Positions 27,852 to 38,547 are shown, counted from the first letter of the whole stretch. The stretch: 61,393 bases of DNA, filler included, from 6 parts of 6 records of this genome joined end to end with filler, not necessarily neighbours in it, one strand, 5' to 3'. A program made the numbers and translations. Notes: generated from the letters alone by a model not told the origin.

Positions 27852-29179
27852 ACCAGCTCTTCCTCACCCGTCTGTGGTGCGGTTTCCTGACACGGGGCGC
27901 AGGTCATCGGCAATTTCACCGTGATGGTCGTGCCTTCCTTGCTCGACATGCCGAAGTCCGCGGCGATCAGCCTTGCCCGTGTGCGCATATGGGCAATGCC
28001 TCCTGTTGCCTTGCTGGTGTGCCGGCCAAGACGGGAACCGGGAAGCCCCTTGCCATTGTCCCTGATTGTCATTTGCAGTCCGGATTTCACCCGCATCACG
28101 GAGACGCTTATCTGGTCGGCTCCGGAGTGGCGGGCGGCATTGTTGATGGCTTCCTGAGCGATGCGAAACAGGGCAATCCGGATGGTCGGGTCCAGGGTAT
28201 CGATCAGGCCGTCCGTCTCGTCCGCAGCTTCAAGCATGGTGGACGAAACGTCCTCCACCGCGCGCTCCAGATGTATTCGCAAGGCGTGGGCAAAGCCGAA
28301 CAGGTCCAGGATCGTTGGTACGGCGGTGTCGATAATCCGGCGAAGGTCCCCGATGCAGTGCTGAATGCTGCCGATCACTCGAGCCTTGTCGGAGGCCGTA
28401 TCCATTTTTTCAACGTCCCGCATGATCCGGGTCAGATCGGCAAGGGTCTGGTCATGCAGGTCCATGCCGATGCGCTGGCGTTCCTGTTCCAGAACCCGGG
28501 TCAGTTCCAGCGCGCCTTGCCGCAGGCCTTCTTCGCGTGCCTGAGCTTCCGCGCGGACGACAGCTGCGCGCTTGGCCTTTTCATTGGCACGCAGGGAATA
28601 GAAATAGGGGGCAAGCACATCGGCAATCTGCCTGACGCGCACAACCGTTGCCTCGTCATAGATGTCCGCTGTGCAGGAGGAACAGTTCAGCGCTCCGATG
28701 GTGCGGCCAAGCACCTTCATGGCGACATTCACCCGGCTGCGCAGCTTGTGCTTGATGATCGGCTGCGCCAGTGCACCCTCATAGGTATAGCGCTCGTCTT
28801 CCATGGCGTTGCCGGTGAGCATGTAATCCGTCTCGCCGAGCAGGATGCTGCGAACGGGCGAGATGGCGACAGGCGTGCGTGACAGGCTCCAGCGCGTCTT
28901 TATCCCGACTTCGTAACTGGTGTTCCAGGTAACCTTGTCGTCCACCAGGCAGACGTCGAGGTGATCGATCGGAAGCAGGTTCTCGATCTCGGCCTTCACC
29001 GATCTCAGGGCGGCCCGGATTTCGACCTGGCCGGCCAGATGACTGGAAATGCGCAAGAGAGAGACGAGAGCCGTCGGCTCTGACACCTCCTGGTTTTCAT
29101 TGGCTCCCTGTCGCATGGCAACAACAAGCTCCTCCCGTTTATTGCGTGCCAGTGTGCGGTACAGGGCTTGCGTCGGCAA
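27848..29179 (-). CDS. GAF-domain sensor histidine kinase (HisKA_3); start may be ATG near 29115
   Basis: ERQRIGMDLHD H-box, FRIAQEAINNAARHS and IRDNGKG; no transmembrane segments; overlaps the response-regulator start. Confidence 0.9.
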   Translation of the reverse strand: MPTQALYRTLARNKREELVVAMRQGANENQEVSEPTALVSLLRISSHLAGQVEIRAALRSVKAEIENLLPIDHLDVCLVDDKVTWNTSYEVGIKTRWSLSRTPVAISPVRSILLGETDYMLTGNAMEDERYTYEGALAQPIIKHKLRSRVNVAMKVLGRTIGALNCSSCTADIYDEATVVRVRQIADVLAPYFYSLRANEKAKRAAVVRAEAQAREEGLRQGALELTRVLEQERQRIGMDLHDQTLADLTRIMRDVEKMDTASDKARVIGSIQHCIGDLRRIIDTAVPTILDLFGFAHALRIHLERAVEDVSSTMLEAADETDGLIDTLDPTIRIALFRIAQEAINNAARHSGADQISVSVMRVKSGLQMTIRDNGKGLPGSRLGRHTSKATGGIAHMRTRARLIAADFGMSSKEGTTITVKLPMTCAPCQETAPQTGEEELV

Positions 29180-29201
29180 CCCATCTGTTGGGCGCTCCAG
29201 T

Positions 29202-29235
29202 GCATCATGGTTGCGGGTTCCCGCAACCGTGATGC
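29202..29235. promoter_or_regulatory. 16-bp inverted repeat in the divergent kinase/ABC promoter region
   Basis: GCATCATGGTTGCGGG-TT-CCCGCAACCGTGATGC, one mismatch. Confidence 0.55.
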
Positions 29236-29343
29236 GTTTCTTCCGCTTTACGCATTTCCTTTACGTCAGCAATCTGAGCGCGGGATGCGTTGGGAGAACC
29301 GTGTCCCGTTATCAAAGACGCCTGCTGGCGTCAGGGAGGAAAC

Positions 29344-30360
29344 ATGAACACCAAAGCCAAGCTCTTGGGGGCGGTCGCGCTTGTTGCGGTCACCCTGCCG
29401 GGTCACGCTGTAGCGGACACCGCAGATAAACGTATTGCCCTTTCCAACAATTACGCCGGCAACTCCTGGCGACAGGCCATGCTTGAAAGCTGGGCCAAGG
29501 TCGGTGACAAGGCTGTTGAAGACGGCGTGGTCGCCTCGGCCGATGCATTCACCACGTCCGAAAACCAGGCAACCGAACAGGCCGCTCAGATTCAGAACAT
29601 GATCCTGCAGGGTTACGATGCGATCGTGGTCAACGCAGCTTCGCCAACCGCCCTCAACGGCGCGATCAAGGAAGCCTGCGACGCCGGCATCACGGTCGTC
29701 TCGTTCGACGGTATCGTCACCGAGCCCTGCGCATGGCGCATTGCGGTCGATTTCAAGGAAATGGGCCGTCAGCAGGTCGAGTATCTCGCCGGACGCCTTC
29801 CGGATGGCGGCAACCTTCTTGAAATCCGCGGTCTGGCCGGGGTTTTCGTGGACGATGAAATTCACGCAGGTATCGAGCAGGGCGTGACGGAATTTCCGAA
29901 ATTCAAGATCGTCGGATCGGTCCACGGCGACTGGGCGCAGGACGTTGCCCAGAAGGCGGTTGCCGGCGTCTTGCCGAGCTTGCCGGAGATCGTCGGGGTC
30001 GTGACCCAGGGCGGTGATGGCTACGGGGCAGCCCAGGCAATCAAGGCGGCCGGCCGCGATACGCCGATCATCGTGATGGGCAACCGCCAGGACGAAATGA
30101 AATGGTGGGCCGAAGCGCGTGACGAAAACGGCTACGAGACCCTGTCTCTTTCCATTGCCCCGGGTGTTGGCACGCTTGCCTTCTGGGTGGCCCAGCAGGT
30201 GCTAGATGGTGCCGAAGTGCCCAAGGATCTCACGGTCCCGTTCCTGAAAGTCACCCAGGAAACGCTTGACGAGACGCTTGCCGCAACACCTGCCGGTTCG
30301 GTGGCGAACGTCGAATACAGTCAGGAAGACGCCAAGTCCGTCATTTCAGCTGCCAACTAA
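29344..30360 (+). CDS. Sugar-type ABC transporter periplasmic binding protein
   Basis: GGAGG RBS, signal peptide, IALSNNYAGNSWRQ, GYDAIVVNA and GITVVSFD motifs. Confidence 0.92.
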   Translation: MNTKAKLLGAVALVAVTLPGHAVADTADKRIALSNNYAGNSWRQAMLESWAKVGDKAVEDGVVASADAFTTSENQATEQAAQIQNMILQGYDAIVVNAASPTALNGAIKEACDAGITVVSFDGIVTEPCAWRIAVDFKEMGRQQVEYLAGRLPDGGNLLEIRGLAGVFVDDEIHAGIEQGVTEFPKFKIVGSVHGDWAQDVAQKAVAGVLPSLPEIVGVVTQGGDGYGAAQAIKAAGRDTPIIVMGNRQDEMKWWAEARDENGYETLSLSIAPGVGTLAFWVAQQVLDGAEVPKDLTVPFLKVTQETLDETLAATPAGSVANVEYSQEDAKSVISAAN

Positions 30361-30373
30361 GGGAGAGACGGAA

Positions 30374-31855
30374 TTGGAAGTGGCAACTGGCGCCGGCAGG
30401 CCGAAGCCGGATGTCCCGTTGGTTGCCCTTTCGGGCGCGTGCGTTCACTTCGGTGCAGTGCGCGCGCTCGACGGGGTCAGTCTGACCGTCAGTCCCGGCG
30501 AATGTGTCGGTCTGATGGGTCACAACGGTGCGGGCAAATCGACAGCCGTCAACGTGATCAACGGCGGACTGACGCCAACGGACGGACAAGTCCGTTACGG
30601 GCATGAGGACGGCAGAAAAGGAACGGGGGCGGCACGTGCGCGTGCCTGCGGTATCCGCAGTGTTTTTCAGGAACTCTCCTTATGCCCTAACCTGTCCGTA
30701 TTTGAAAATCTGAGGGTTCCACATCGTGATCTGACAGGGTTTGGCTGGCGCAAATCGGCTGCCGGGCGGATTGCCGGTGCTCTCGACGAAATCTTTCCCG
30801 GACACAGGATCGAACCGGGCATGATCGTCGGCGACCTGACTCTGGCGGAACGGCAGATGGTCGAGATCGCTGCCGGATTTGCAGGTGGCCCTACACCGCC
30901 GCGTCTCGTCATCCTTGACGAGCCGACATCGTCCCTTGATGCCTCGATCGCCCGGCAACTGCTCGAACATGTCCGCCGTTTCTGCGCCAAGGGTGGTGCG
31001 GTCATTTTCATTTCGCACATGCTGGGCGAGGTTTTCGAAGTCGCTTCACGGATCGACGTGATGAAGGACGGCAAGATCATCGCCAGCAGACCGGCGTCCG
31101 AATTTACCCAGCAGGGCCTGATCGATGCCATGGGACATGTGGCAAACGAGAAGGCTGTCGCCCGGGCTGCGGTCGAAAGCAGTCAACGCATCGGCGAAGA
31201 AGTGCTGAAGACGCCGGAAGGGCTCAGCGCCCGCAAAGGGGAAATCGTTGGCCTGGCGGGTCTTGCCGGGCATGGGCAGGCAGAAGCTTTGGCCCGGTTC
31301 TTCATGTCCCGGTCGGGGAAACTCACGCGGGTGAAGGATCCTGAAGCGGCCTTCGTTGCCGGTGACCGCGGCCGGGACGGGGTCATGCCGCTCTGGTCGA
31401 TCCTTCGAAATCTCACGCTGACACATCTGCCAAGCCTGACCCGGCGAGGGCTGGTCGACAGGGTTGCTGAACAGGCGCTGGGCGCGGACTGGAAGAAGCG
31501 GATCGGTATTCGGACCGACAATCTGGGCAATCTCATCCTGTCCCTGTCCGGCGGCAATCAGCAGAAAGTTCTTTTCGCCCGCGCACTGGCCTCATCAGCC
31601 CCGATCGTGGTGATGGACGACCCGATGCGCGGTGTCGATGTCGGCACCAAACAGGAAGCTTACGACATGATCCGAACGGAAGCCGCCAACGGGCGCACCT
31701 TCCTGTGGTATTCGACGGAAACGGATGAAGTCTGCCAGTGTGACCGGGTGTTTGTGTTCCGGAACGGGCAGATATCTGCGGAGTTGACCGGGGACGGCAT
31801 CACGGAAGAAAACATTCTGGCCGCATCCTTCCAGATGCAGGGGGCCGGCGCATGA
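30374..31855 (+). CDS. Sugar ABC transporter ATP-binding protein (two NBDs); start at TTG 30374 or GTG 30380
   Basis: GHNGAGKST, ILDEPTSSL, LSGGNQQKV and DDPMRGVDVG motifs. Confidence 0.92.
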   Translation: MEVATGAGRPKPDVPLVALSGACVHFGAVRALDGVSLTVSPGECVGLMGHNGAGKSTAVNVINGGLTPTDGQVRYGHEDGRKGTGAARARACGIRSVFQELSLCPNLSVFENLRVPHRDLTGFGWRKSAAGRIAGALDEIFPGHRIEPGMIVGDLTLAERQMVEIAAGFAGGPTPPRLVILDEPTSSLDASIARQLLEHVRRFCAKGGAVIFISHMLGEVFEVASRIDVMKDGKIIASRPASEFTQQGLIDAMGHVANEKAVARAAVESSQRIGEEVLKTPEGLSARKGEIVGLAGLAGHGQAEALARFFMSRSGKLTRVKDPEAAFVAGDRGRDGVMPLWSILRNLTLTHLPSLTRRGLVDRVAEQALGADWKKRIGIRTDNLGNLILSLSGGNQQKVLFARALASSAPIVVMDDPMRGVDVGTKQEAYDMIRTEAANGRTFLWYSTETDEVCQCDRVFVFRNGQISAELTGDGITEENILAASFQMQGAGA

Positions 31856-31974
31856 ACGGAAAGTACCGCATTCTGCTTCCGGTTCTGTCCCTGACTGTGC
31901 TGCTGGCGGCCGTCTTTTACCTTCAACCCCGGGCAATGAGCTACTTCGGCCTGAACCTGCTCTTCAATCTCGCG
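31852..31974 (+). CDS. ABC transporter permease, 5' part
   Basis: ATGA overlap with the ATPase stop; hydrophobic MNGKYRILLPVLSLTVLLAAVFYLQPRAMSYFGLNLLFNLA. Confidence 0.8.
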
Positions 31975-32074
31975 NNNNNNNNNNNNNNNNNNNNNNNNNN
32001 NNNNNNNNNNNNNNNNNNTTAATTAATTAANNNNNNNNNNNNNNNNNNNNNNNNNNNNNNNNNNNNNNNNNNNN
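31975..32074. other. Artificial contig spacer
   Basis: N runs plus TTAATTAATTAA. Confidence 0.99.
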
Positions 32075-32225
32075 TCACCCAATGGGTGGTGGTGAAGGTC
32101 GTTCGAAGTCCGGTGGTGGTCGTCAACATCCAGTTACGCCATGGGGTAAAGTGACGAAAGGTTTGAAGACCCGTAAGAAGCGCAAGCCATCGAACAAGTA
32201 CATCGTTCGTCGTCGGGTTAAATAA
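32075..32225 (+). CDS. rplB: 50S ribosomal protein L2, 3' part
   Basis: [33 protein letters not shown]. Confidence 0.95.
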
Positions 32226-32245
32226 CGCTAAGCAGGTGAATACGT

Positions 32246-32515
32246 ATGCCACGCTCGCTTAAAAAGGGGCCCTTCATCAGCTTTAAGCTGGAGAAGAAAA
32301 TCGAAGAAATGAATCGAGCCAGCAAGAAAAAGGTCATCAAGACCTGGTCGCGCTCCTCGATGATATCCCCCGATTTCGTTGGACATACCTTTGCGGTACA
32401 CAACGGAAACAAATTTATTCCGGTATATGTGACAGAGAATATGGTGGGCCACAAGCTCGGTGAATTCTCGCCTACGCGGACTTTCCGCGGTCACGCCGGA
32501 CACAGGAAAAAGTAA
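32246..32515 (+). CDS. rpsS: 30S ribosomal protein S19
   Basis: [10 protein letters not shown]...[13 protein letters not shown]. Confidence 0.99.
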   Translation: MPRSLKKGPFISFKLEKKIEEMNRASKKKVIKTWSRSSMISPDFVGHTFAVHNGNKFIPVYVTENMVGHKLGEFSPTRTFRGHAGHRKK

Positions 32516-32548
32516 AACCGCATTACCTTGATTTGGAGAGAGTGCGAC

Positions 32549-32893
32549 ATGGAAGCACGCGCGACTAAACGCTATCTGCGGGGATCCCCGCGTAAAATGC
32601 GGCTCGTCATCGACCTGATTCGCGGCAAATCGGCAGCTGAAGCTAAGGCGATTCTGCAATTCTCAACCAAGAGAGCTGCTACAGCAGCCGACATGGTTTT
32701 GCGGTCTGCTTTGGCCAATCTGACGGTGAAGAACGACGAAGTTCCAGTTCCGGATACTGACGTGGTCATTTCAGAAGCCTTTGTCAATCAAGGGCCGACA
32801 ATGAAACGTGTGAATCCGGCACCGATGGGACGCGCTTATCGAGTGCGCAAGCGATCGAATCACGTCACAATCGTTGTTTCTTCGCAAGTCTAA
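32549..32893 (+). CDS. rplV: 50S ribosomal protein L22
   Basis: SPRKMRLVIDLIRGK and RKRSNHVTIVV. Confidence 0.98.
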   Translation: MEARATKRYLRGSPRKMRLVIDLIRGKSAAEAKAILQFSTKRAATAADMVLRSALANLTVKNDEVPVPDTDVVISEAFVNQGPTMKRVNPAPMGRAYRVRKRSNHVTIVVSSQV

Positions 32894-32911
32894 AATACCA
32901 GGAGTACCGTT

Positions 32912-33577
32912 TTGGGACAGAAAGTAAATCCGATTGGCTTGCGTTTGGGCATTATTCGCCCTTGGGACGCTAACTGGTTCGAAGAGCATAACTTCGCTGC
33001 CAAGCTTTCAGAAGATTTGATGGTTCGTAACTACCTGTCAAATCGACTGCGTAAAGCCGGTGTGTCGCGCGTCGTGATCGAGCGTACTCCCAAACAAATT
33101 CGTCTGACGATTAAAACCTCGCGCCCTGGTGTTGTCATCGGTCGTTCAGGGAAAGAAATCGCTCAGCTTGAAGAAGAGCTCAAGCGCCTCACGGCAAAAG
33201 ATGTAAAAATTCTTATCAGTGAAATCAAGCGTCCTGAATTGGATGCGCAATTAGTAGCTGATACGATTGCACAGCAAATTAAAGGCCGTATTTCATATCG
33301 CCGTGCCATGAAACAAGCACTCAGCGCTACAATGCGCATGGGAGCTGAAGGTATCCGGATCAAGTGTTCGGGCCGTTTGGGCGGAGCTGAAATGTCGCGT
33401 ACTGAGCAGTACAAAGATGGCCGTATTCCGCTGCATACTCTGCGTGCGAATATCGACTATGCAACGTCGACTTCGCAAACGATTCAGGGTGCGATTGGCG
33501 TGAAAGTCTGGATTTGTCTCGGCGAAATTATCGGTACGCCGACTTTGTTTCAGGAACGTCCTGCCCGGTCCAAGTAA
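32912..33577 (+). CDS. rpsC: 30S ribosomal protein S3 (TTG start)
   Basis: MGQKVNPIGLRLG and GRIPLHTLRA. Confidence 0.99.
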   Translation: MGQKVNPIGLRLGIIRPWDANWFEEHNFAAKLSEDLMVRNYLSNRLRKAGVSRVVIERTPKQIRLTIKTSRPGVVIGRSGKEIAQLEEELKRLTAKDVKILISEIKRPELDAQLVADTIAQQIKGRISYRRAMKQALSATMRMGAEGIRIKCSGRLGGAEMSRTEQYKDGRIPLHTLRANIDYATSTSQTIQGAIGVKVWICLGEIIGTPTLFQERPARSK

Positions 33578-33612
33578 GGACCCGCGGGAAGGCCTAATTA
33601 CGGGAAGAAGAC

Positions 33613-34032
33613 ATGTTAAGTCCTAAACGAGTACGCTATCGGAAAGTACAACGCGGCAAGCGTCGCGGTAAAGCGTATCGCGGATCGACGGTGCACTTTG
33701 GATCGTTCGGCCTTAAAGCGCTGGATACGGCCTGGATCACCAACCGCCAAATCGAATCGGCAAGGATTGCGATTAACCGCTATCTGCGTCGTGAAGGTAA
33801 AGTGTGGATCCGCATCTTTCCTGATAAATCAATTACCAAAAAAGCTGCGGAAACGCGCATGGGTAGTGGTAAAGGGAATCCGGAAGGTTGGGTAGCGTCA
33901 ATCCGTCCTGGTCGAGTGATGTTCGAAATCGACGGTGTTTCCCGCGAACGCGCGATGGAAGCTCTTCGTTTGGCTTCGCACAAACTACCGATCAAAACGA
34001 AGTTTGTAACACGTATCGACTACGAGGACTGA
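33613..34032 (+). CDS. rplP: 50S ribosomal protein L16
   Basis: [19 protein letters not shown] and RMGSGKG. Confidence 0.99.
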   Translation: MLSPKRVRYRKVQRGKRRGKAYRGSTVHFGSFGLKALDTAWITNRQIESARIAINRYLRREGKVWIRIFPDKSITKKAAETRMGSGKGNPEGWVASIRPGRVMFEIDGVSRERAMEALRLASHKLPIKTKFVTRIDYED

Positions 34033-34034
34033 TC

Positions 34035-34250
34035 ATGAAGGGACGCAAAGCGACCGATCTGCGAAATCTTCCGGTGGACGAGCTGCAACGCACACTGTCC
34101 GATATCGAAGAGACGCTGATGAACATGCGTTTTCAGCGTGCTATCGGTGAACTCGAAGATACCGCGCAAATTCGCATCACGCGTAAAGACATTGCCCGTA
34201 TCAAGACGATTCTAACGGAAAAGCAACAAAGCGAATCTACGTCAGCCTAA
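34035..34250 (+). CDS. rpmC: 50S ribosomal protein L29
   Basis: MRFQRAIGELEDTAQIRITRKDIARIKT; position in the operon. Confidence 0.95.
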   Translation: MKGRKATDLRNLPVDELQRTLSDIEETLMNMRFQRAIGELEDTAQIRITRKDIARIKTILTEKQQSESTSA

Positions 34251-34268
34251 TTTGCGCTGGATGGCATA

Positions 34269-34625
34269 ATGGAAAATACGACTCCCGATACCGATGCGAG
34301 CCCCGATCTGCAAACTACTGCAGACAGCGCGCCGCAAACTTTGGCAGGTAACGCGCCGACAGCTTCTGAATCCGACCGCCCACGGCGTAAAATGCGGATT
34401 GGAAAAGTCGTCAGCAACAAAATGGACAAAACGATTGCGGTTGCAATCGAACGTCGCGTTAAACACCCGATCTACAAAAAGTACTTCAAGAAAACCAAGA
34501 AGTACCTGGCGCACGATGAGCAGAATACCTGCAACATCGGCGATGTGGTTCGAATAATGGAAACACGTCCGCTTAGTGCACGCAAACGCTGGCGCCTTGT
34601 GGAAGTAATTGAACGCGCCAAGTAA
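34269..34625 (+). CDS. rpsQ: 30S ribosomal protein S17 with N-terminal extension
   Basis: [17 protein letters not shown] and [11 protein letters not shown]. Confidence 0.97.
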   Translation: MENTTPDTDASPDLQTTADSAPQTLAGNAPTASESDRPRRKMRIGKVVSNKMDKTIAVAIERRVKHPIYKKYFKKTKKYLAHDEQNTCNIGDVVRIMETRPLSARKRWRLVEVIERAK

Positions 34626-34638
34626 GGAGGGGTGAACG

Positions 34639-35004
34639 ATGATCCAGGAAGAAAGCAACCTTGTTGTCGCTGATAATTCCGGTGCACGCCGCGTGCGTTG
34701 TATCCGAGTCCTAGGCGGTAACCGTCAATATGCCGGTGTTGGTGACCTGATTGTGGTGAGCGTTAAAGACGCGATTCCAAATGCAGGCGTCAAAAAAGGT
34801 GAGAAATCACGAGCCGTTATTGTCCGTACCAAAAAGGAAATTCGGCGCAAAGATGGATCATACATCCGCTTTGATGAGAACGCTGTAGTTCTCTTGAATG
34901 CGAATGGTGAACCACGTGGTACACGTATCTTTGGACCGGTCGCGCGTGAGTTGCGCGAAAAGAGCTACATGAAGATTGTCTCACTTGCTCCTGAAGTGCT
35001 TTAA
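34639..35004 (+). CDS. rplN: 50S ribosomal protein L14
   Basis: [20 protein letters not shown] and SLAPEVL. Confidence 0.99.
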   Translation: MIQEESNLVVADNSGARRVRCIRVLGGNRQYAGVGDLIVVSVKDAIPNAGVKKGEKSRAVIVRTKKEIRRKDGSYIRFDENAVVLLNANGEPRGTRIFGPVARELREKSYMKIVSLAPEVL

Positions 35005-35021
35005 CAGCGGAGTAGCGCAAC

Positions 35022-35372
35022 ATGAAAAATCAAAAGAACGCAGGCAAGAAATCGCCGAAGCTCAAACTCAAGAAGAATGACCTGGTGCAAGTGATTGCCG
35101 GTAACGAACGTTCCGAAAAACTCACTGGTCGGATTCTTGCGATTGACCCCATCAAAATGCAGGTAGTGGTCGAAGGTGTTAACATTCGTAAGCGCCACAC
35201 ACGTCCATCGCAGGAACACCCAGAAGGTACGATCCTTGAACGTGAGATGCCAATTCACTACTCCAACGTACAGTTGGTAGACGAGTCAGGCAAAACAACT
35301 CGCGTTGGAAGTAAGATCGACGATAGTGGAAACAAGACGCGAATTGCACGTAGCACGGGCTCAGAAATATAA
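35022..35372 (+). CDS. rplX: 50S ribosomal protein L24
   Basis: KKNDLVQVIAG, VVVEGVN and PIHYSNV. Confidence 0.97.
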   Translation: MKNQKNAGKKSPKLKLKKNDLVQVIAGNERSEKLTGRILAIDPIKMQVVVEGVNIRKRHTRPSQEHPEGTILEREMPIHYSNVQLVDESGKTTRVGSKIDDSGNKTRIARSTGSEI

Positions 35373-35406
35373 TCGCAGATTAGTATTTGCAAGGGTATAG
35401 AGCATC

Positions 35407-36030
35407 ATGGCGAAGAACCAGGCAGGACCAAAAAAGCTGGATTTCCAGCCCTCAAGTCCGCGAATGAAAGAAGATAGTGTAGCGCCTCCGGCACGTTTGA
35501 GCAGCTTTTACCGTGAGACGGTTGTTCCTAATCTCATGAAGCGCTTCGAATACAAGTCGATCATGCAGGTGCCGCGTCTTCAAAAGATTTCCATGAACAT
35601 GGGTGTTGGTGCCGCTGTTCAGGACAAGAAAATGCTTGAGTCGGCTCTCAATGAGCTTGAACTCATCTCCGGTCAACGTCCGGTAGTGACGCGAGCCAAA
35701 GCATCTATCTCAAACTTTAAGCTGCGTCAGGGAATGCCTATCGGCGTTCGTGTAACACTTCGCCGTGCGCACATGTTTGAGTTTCTCGATCGCTTTATCA
35801 ATATCGCCACTCCCCGAATTCGTGACTTTCGTGGCCTTCCCGATAAAGCCTTTGATGGCCGTGGGAACTACACCGTCGGTGTTCGCGAGCAGATTATCTT
35901 CCCTGAAATTGATGTTGACAAAGTAAGTCGCATCTCAGGTTTGAATATCACATTTGTGACGGATGCGCCTAACGATGAAGAGGCATATGCTCTCCTCAAA
36001 GAGTTTGGCTTCCCGTTCCGCAAAAATTGA
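35407..36030 (+). CDS. rplE: 50S ribosomal protein L5 with N-terminal extension
   Basis: [22 protein letters not shown] and FDGRGNY. Confidence 0.99.
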   Translation: MAKNQAGPKKLDFQPSSPRMKEDSVAPPARLSSFYRETVVPNLMKRFEYKSIMQVPRLQKISMNMGVGAAVQDKKMLESALNELELISGQRPVVTRAKASISNFKLRQGMPIGVRVTLRRAHMFEFLDRFINIATPRIRDFRGLPDKAFDGRGNYTVGVREQIIFPEIDVDKVSRISGLNITFVTDAPNDEEAYALLKEFGFPFRKN

Positions 36031-36072
36031 TTGTGCAATAAAGCATAGACAATACATCTAGCGTGGATTAAT

Positions 36073-36342
36073 ATGTCGAAGACATGCATGGTGGCGCGCA
36101 ACGAAAAGCGCCAACGTATGGTGGAAAAATACGCCAAAAAACGTGCGGAGCTCAAGGCCGAAGGTGATTCCGAAGGTCTGCAGAAGTTGCCACGTAACAG
36201 TGCACCAACGCGCGTGCGCAACCGTTGCAGTGTGACGGGCCGCCCACGGGCTGTTTACCGCAAATTTGGTGTCTGCCGTAACGTATTCAGGCAGTTGGCA
36301 CTCGAAGGTAAAATACCCGGTATTCGTAAAGCCAGCTGGTAA
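36073..36342 (+). CDS. rpsN: 30S ribosomal protein S14 (89-aa, zinc-independent type)
   Basis: [14 protein letters not shown]...GRPR...IPGIRKASW. Confidence 0.99.
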   Translation: MSKTCMVARNEKRQRMVEKYAKKRAELKAEGDSEGLQKLPRNSAPTRVRNRCSVTGRPRAVYRKFGVCRNVFRQLALEGKIPGIRKASW

Positions 36343-36383
36343 CAAGAAATTGATCTTCAATCATAACGCGAGCAGTTGAGAAC

Positions 36384-36779
36384 ATGAACCTCAGCGATCC
36401 TATAGCCGACTTTTTGACACGCATCCGTAACGCCGCACGTGCTAAGCACAAACGGACAGTAATGCCGATGTCGAATATGAAAATCGCGATTGCAGAAATC
36501 CTGAAAGATCAGGGCTACATCGCAGATTATAAGCGCGTTGAGGCTTCGCCGCGGGACGAGCTGCATGTATACATGCGCTACTATGAAGGCCAACCGGCGT
36601 TCACGGAAATCAAAAGAATTTCCCGTCCGGGCCTCCGTTCCTACGCTGGTGCAACTGAACTGCCGCGTGTGCGTAACGGCCTCGGCATTGCGATTGTTTC
36701 GACGCCCAATGGGGTAATTACAGATAAAGATGCTCGACGTGCAAACGTCGGTGGCGAAGTTATCTGCACAGTTTGGTAA
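36384..36779 (+). CDS. rpsH: 30S ribosomal protein S8
   Basis: DPIADFLTRIRNA, SRPGLR and GGEVIC. Confidence 0.99.
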   Translation: MNLSDPIADFLTRIRNAARAKHKRTVMPMSNMKIAIAEILKDQGYIADYKRVEASPRDELHVYMRYYEGQPAFTEIKRISRPGLRSYAGATELPRVRNGLGIAIVSTPNGVITDKDARRANVGGEVICTVW

Positions 36780-36813
36780 GTCGCAGTCCTAGTCTCTCGA
36801 TCTGGAGTCCGAT

Positions 36814-37359
36814 GTGTCTCGTATAGGCAAAAAAATAATCGAAATCCCGAAAGGTGCCGAAGTAAAATTTGGCGATAACGGGCTGACGGCAAAAGGACCG
36901 AAGGGTGAACTGACGGTCAACTTGCCTCAGGAAATCGCATATAAAGTCGAAGACGGAACGATCTCGTTCTCACGTTCTTCCGACGAAAAACATGTTCGTG
37001 CGAAGCACGGTTTGGCACGCGCTTTGGCGGCTTCGGCCATCGAAGGGGTGACACAAGGCTTCACACGTACTCTGCAAATCGAAGGCGTCGGATTTCGGTC
37101 CGAAATGCGTGGCGAAAAGTTGCTGATGTTCCTTGGGTACTCACATCCAGTAGTATTCATCCCGCCTGCTGATATCAAGTTTGAGACTGTGTCTCCTACT
37201 ATGATTAATGTCTCGGGAATTGACAAACAGCTAGTTGGTCAGATCGCAGCCAAGATTCGCAAGATTCGTCCGCCAGAGCCTTATAAAGGTAAAGGCGTTC
37301 GATACAAAGATGAACAAATTCGCCGTAAAGCTGGTAAGTCCGGCGCCAAGGGCAAGTAA
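36814..37359 (+). CDS. rplF: 50S ribosomal protein L6
   Basis: MSRIGK, KGPKG and PEPYKGKG. Confidence 0.99.
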   Translation: MSRIGKKIIEIPKGAEVKFGDNGLTAKGPKGELTVNLPQEIAYKVEDGTISFSRSSDEKHVRAKHGLARALAASAIEGVTQGFTRTLQIEGVGFRSEMRGEKLLMFLGYSHPVVFIPPADIKFETVSPTMINVSGIDKQLVGQIAAKIRKIRPPEPYKGKGVRYKDEQIRRKAGKSGAKGK

Positions 37360-37388
37360 GTCCGTAATATCCGTAACGGGTGTATGAT

Positions 37389-37760
37389 ATGAAAACGGCT
37401 CAAAAACTGGTGCGCTATCAGCGCCGCAAAAATCATGTTAGGAATACGATCAACCTTGGTCGCGAACAACGTTTGCGCCTGAGTGTCTTCCGTAGTGCCA
37501 AACATATTTACGCGCAGATCGTTGACGACGCAAACAGTCGCACACTTGTGTCTGCCGCAAGCACCGAAAAAGCACTTGCCGAACAGGTGAAAAGTGCTGA
37601 AGGCAAAATTAGTGTTGGCCAACTCGTTGGTAAAACACTTGCCGAACGGGCGCAAGCCAAGGATGTTAAAATTGTTGTGTTTGATCGCAACGGTTTTGGC
37701 TACCACGGTCGAATTAAAGCATTGGCTGAAGGCGCGCGCGAAGGCGGCCTTGATTTCTAA
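37389..37760 (+). CDS. rplR: 50S ribosomal protein L18
   Basis: RLSVFRSAKHIYAQ and FDRNGFGYHGRIKALAEGARE. Confidence 0.98.
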   Translation: MKTAQKLVRYQRRKNHVRNTINLGREQRLRLSVFRSAKHIYAQIVDDANSRTLVSAASTEKALAEQVKSAEGKISVGQLVGKTLAERAQAKDVKIVVFDRNGFGYHGRIKALAEGAREGGLDF

Positions 37761-37802
37761 GCTAAGCCATATCCAAACATTGAATAATTCAGAAGGCTAA
37801 GC

Positions 37803-38306
37803 GTGGCGAAGTTCAAACCATCCGAACTGGAACTGAAAGACAAGCTAGTAACGGTTCGCCGTACGGCTAAAGTTGTAAAAGGCGGACGTCGTTTCAGCTT
37901 CAGTGCTTTGGTCGTCGTCGGCGATGGCCAAGGTTATGTAGGCTACGGCCTGGGTAAAGCGAATGAAGTTGCAGATGCTATTAGCAAAGCAACCGATGCT
38001 GCTCGCAAGAGCGTTATCAAGATTTCGCTGTCCGAAAACACGATACCACATGACGTAATCGGTAAATATGGCGCGGGCCGCGTCATGCTTAAACCAGCCA
38101 CAGCTGGTACCGGCGTTATCGCTGCTGGTGGTGTTCGTGCTGTACTTGAAATGGCAGGCGTTCATGACGTTCTGACGAAGAGTATGGGTTCCTCAAATTC
38201 GCATAATTCTGTTAAGGCGACCTTCCAGGCGCTGCAGCAATTGGAAGACGTCGGCTCCGTCGCGCGCCGGCGCGGTATTACCGTCTCCAAAGTATTGCAT
38301 GGCTGA
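37803..38306 (+). CDS. rpsE: 30S ribosomal protein S5
   Basis: [19 protein letters not shown] and GTGVIA. Confidence 0.99.
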   Translation: MAKFKPSELELKDKLVTVRRTAKVVKGGRRFSFSALVVVGDGQGYVGYGLGKANEVADAISKATDAARKSVIKISLSENTIPHDVIGKYGAGRVMLKPATAGTGVIAAGGVRAVLEMAGVHDVLTKSMGSSNSHNSVKATFQALQQLEDVGSVARRRGITVSKVLHG

Positions 38307-38350
38307 TCGTGGCGTAATCACGACGAGCATCGCTCCAATCCGAGGCAATC

Positions 38351-38545
38351 ATGTCAAAACTGAGAATTCGGCAGATCAAAAGCATCATAGATGCTAAGAA
38401 AAAACAGAAGCTGACCATCCAAGCGTTGGGACTTGGGCGTCCAAACTACGAAGTGATTCAGCCGAAAAACGCGAACATCCTTGGAATGATCAACGTGGTG
38501 AAGCACATGGTCACGGTTGAGGAACTTCCGGATACGGAGGCGTAA
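38351..38545 (+). CDS. rpmD: 50S ribosomal protein L30
   Basis: KSII...QKLTIQALGL...GMINVVKHMV. Confidence 0.95.
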   Translation: MSKLRIRQIKSIIDAKKKQKLTIQALGLGRPNYEVIQPKNANILGMINVVKHMVTVEELPDTEA

Positions 38546-38547
38546 AA

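Noticed and set aside
27419..28882. 487-aa plus-strand ORF and the other long overlapping ORFs in contig 3
   Set aside because: Shadow ORFs of the GC-rich kinase and response-regulator genes
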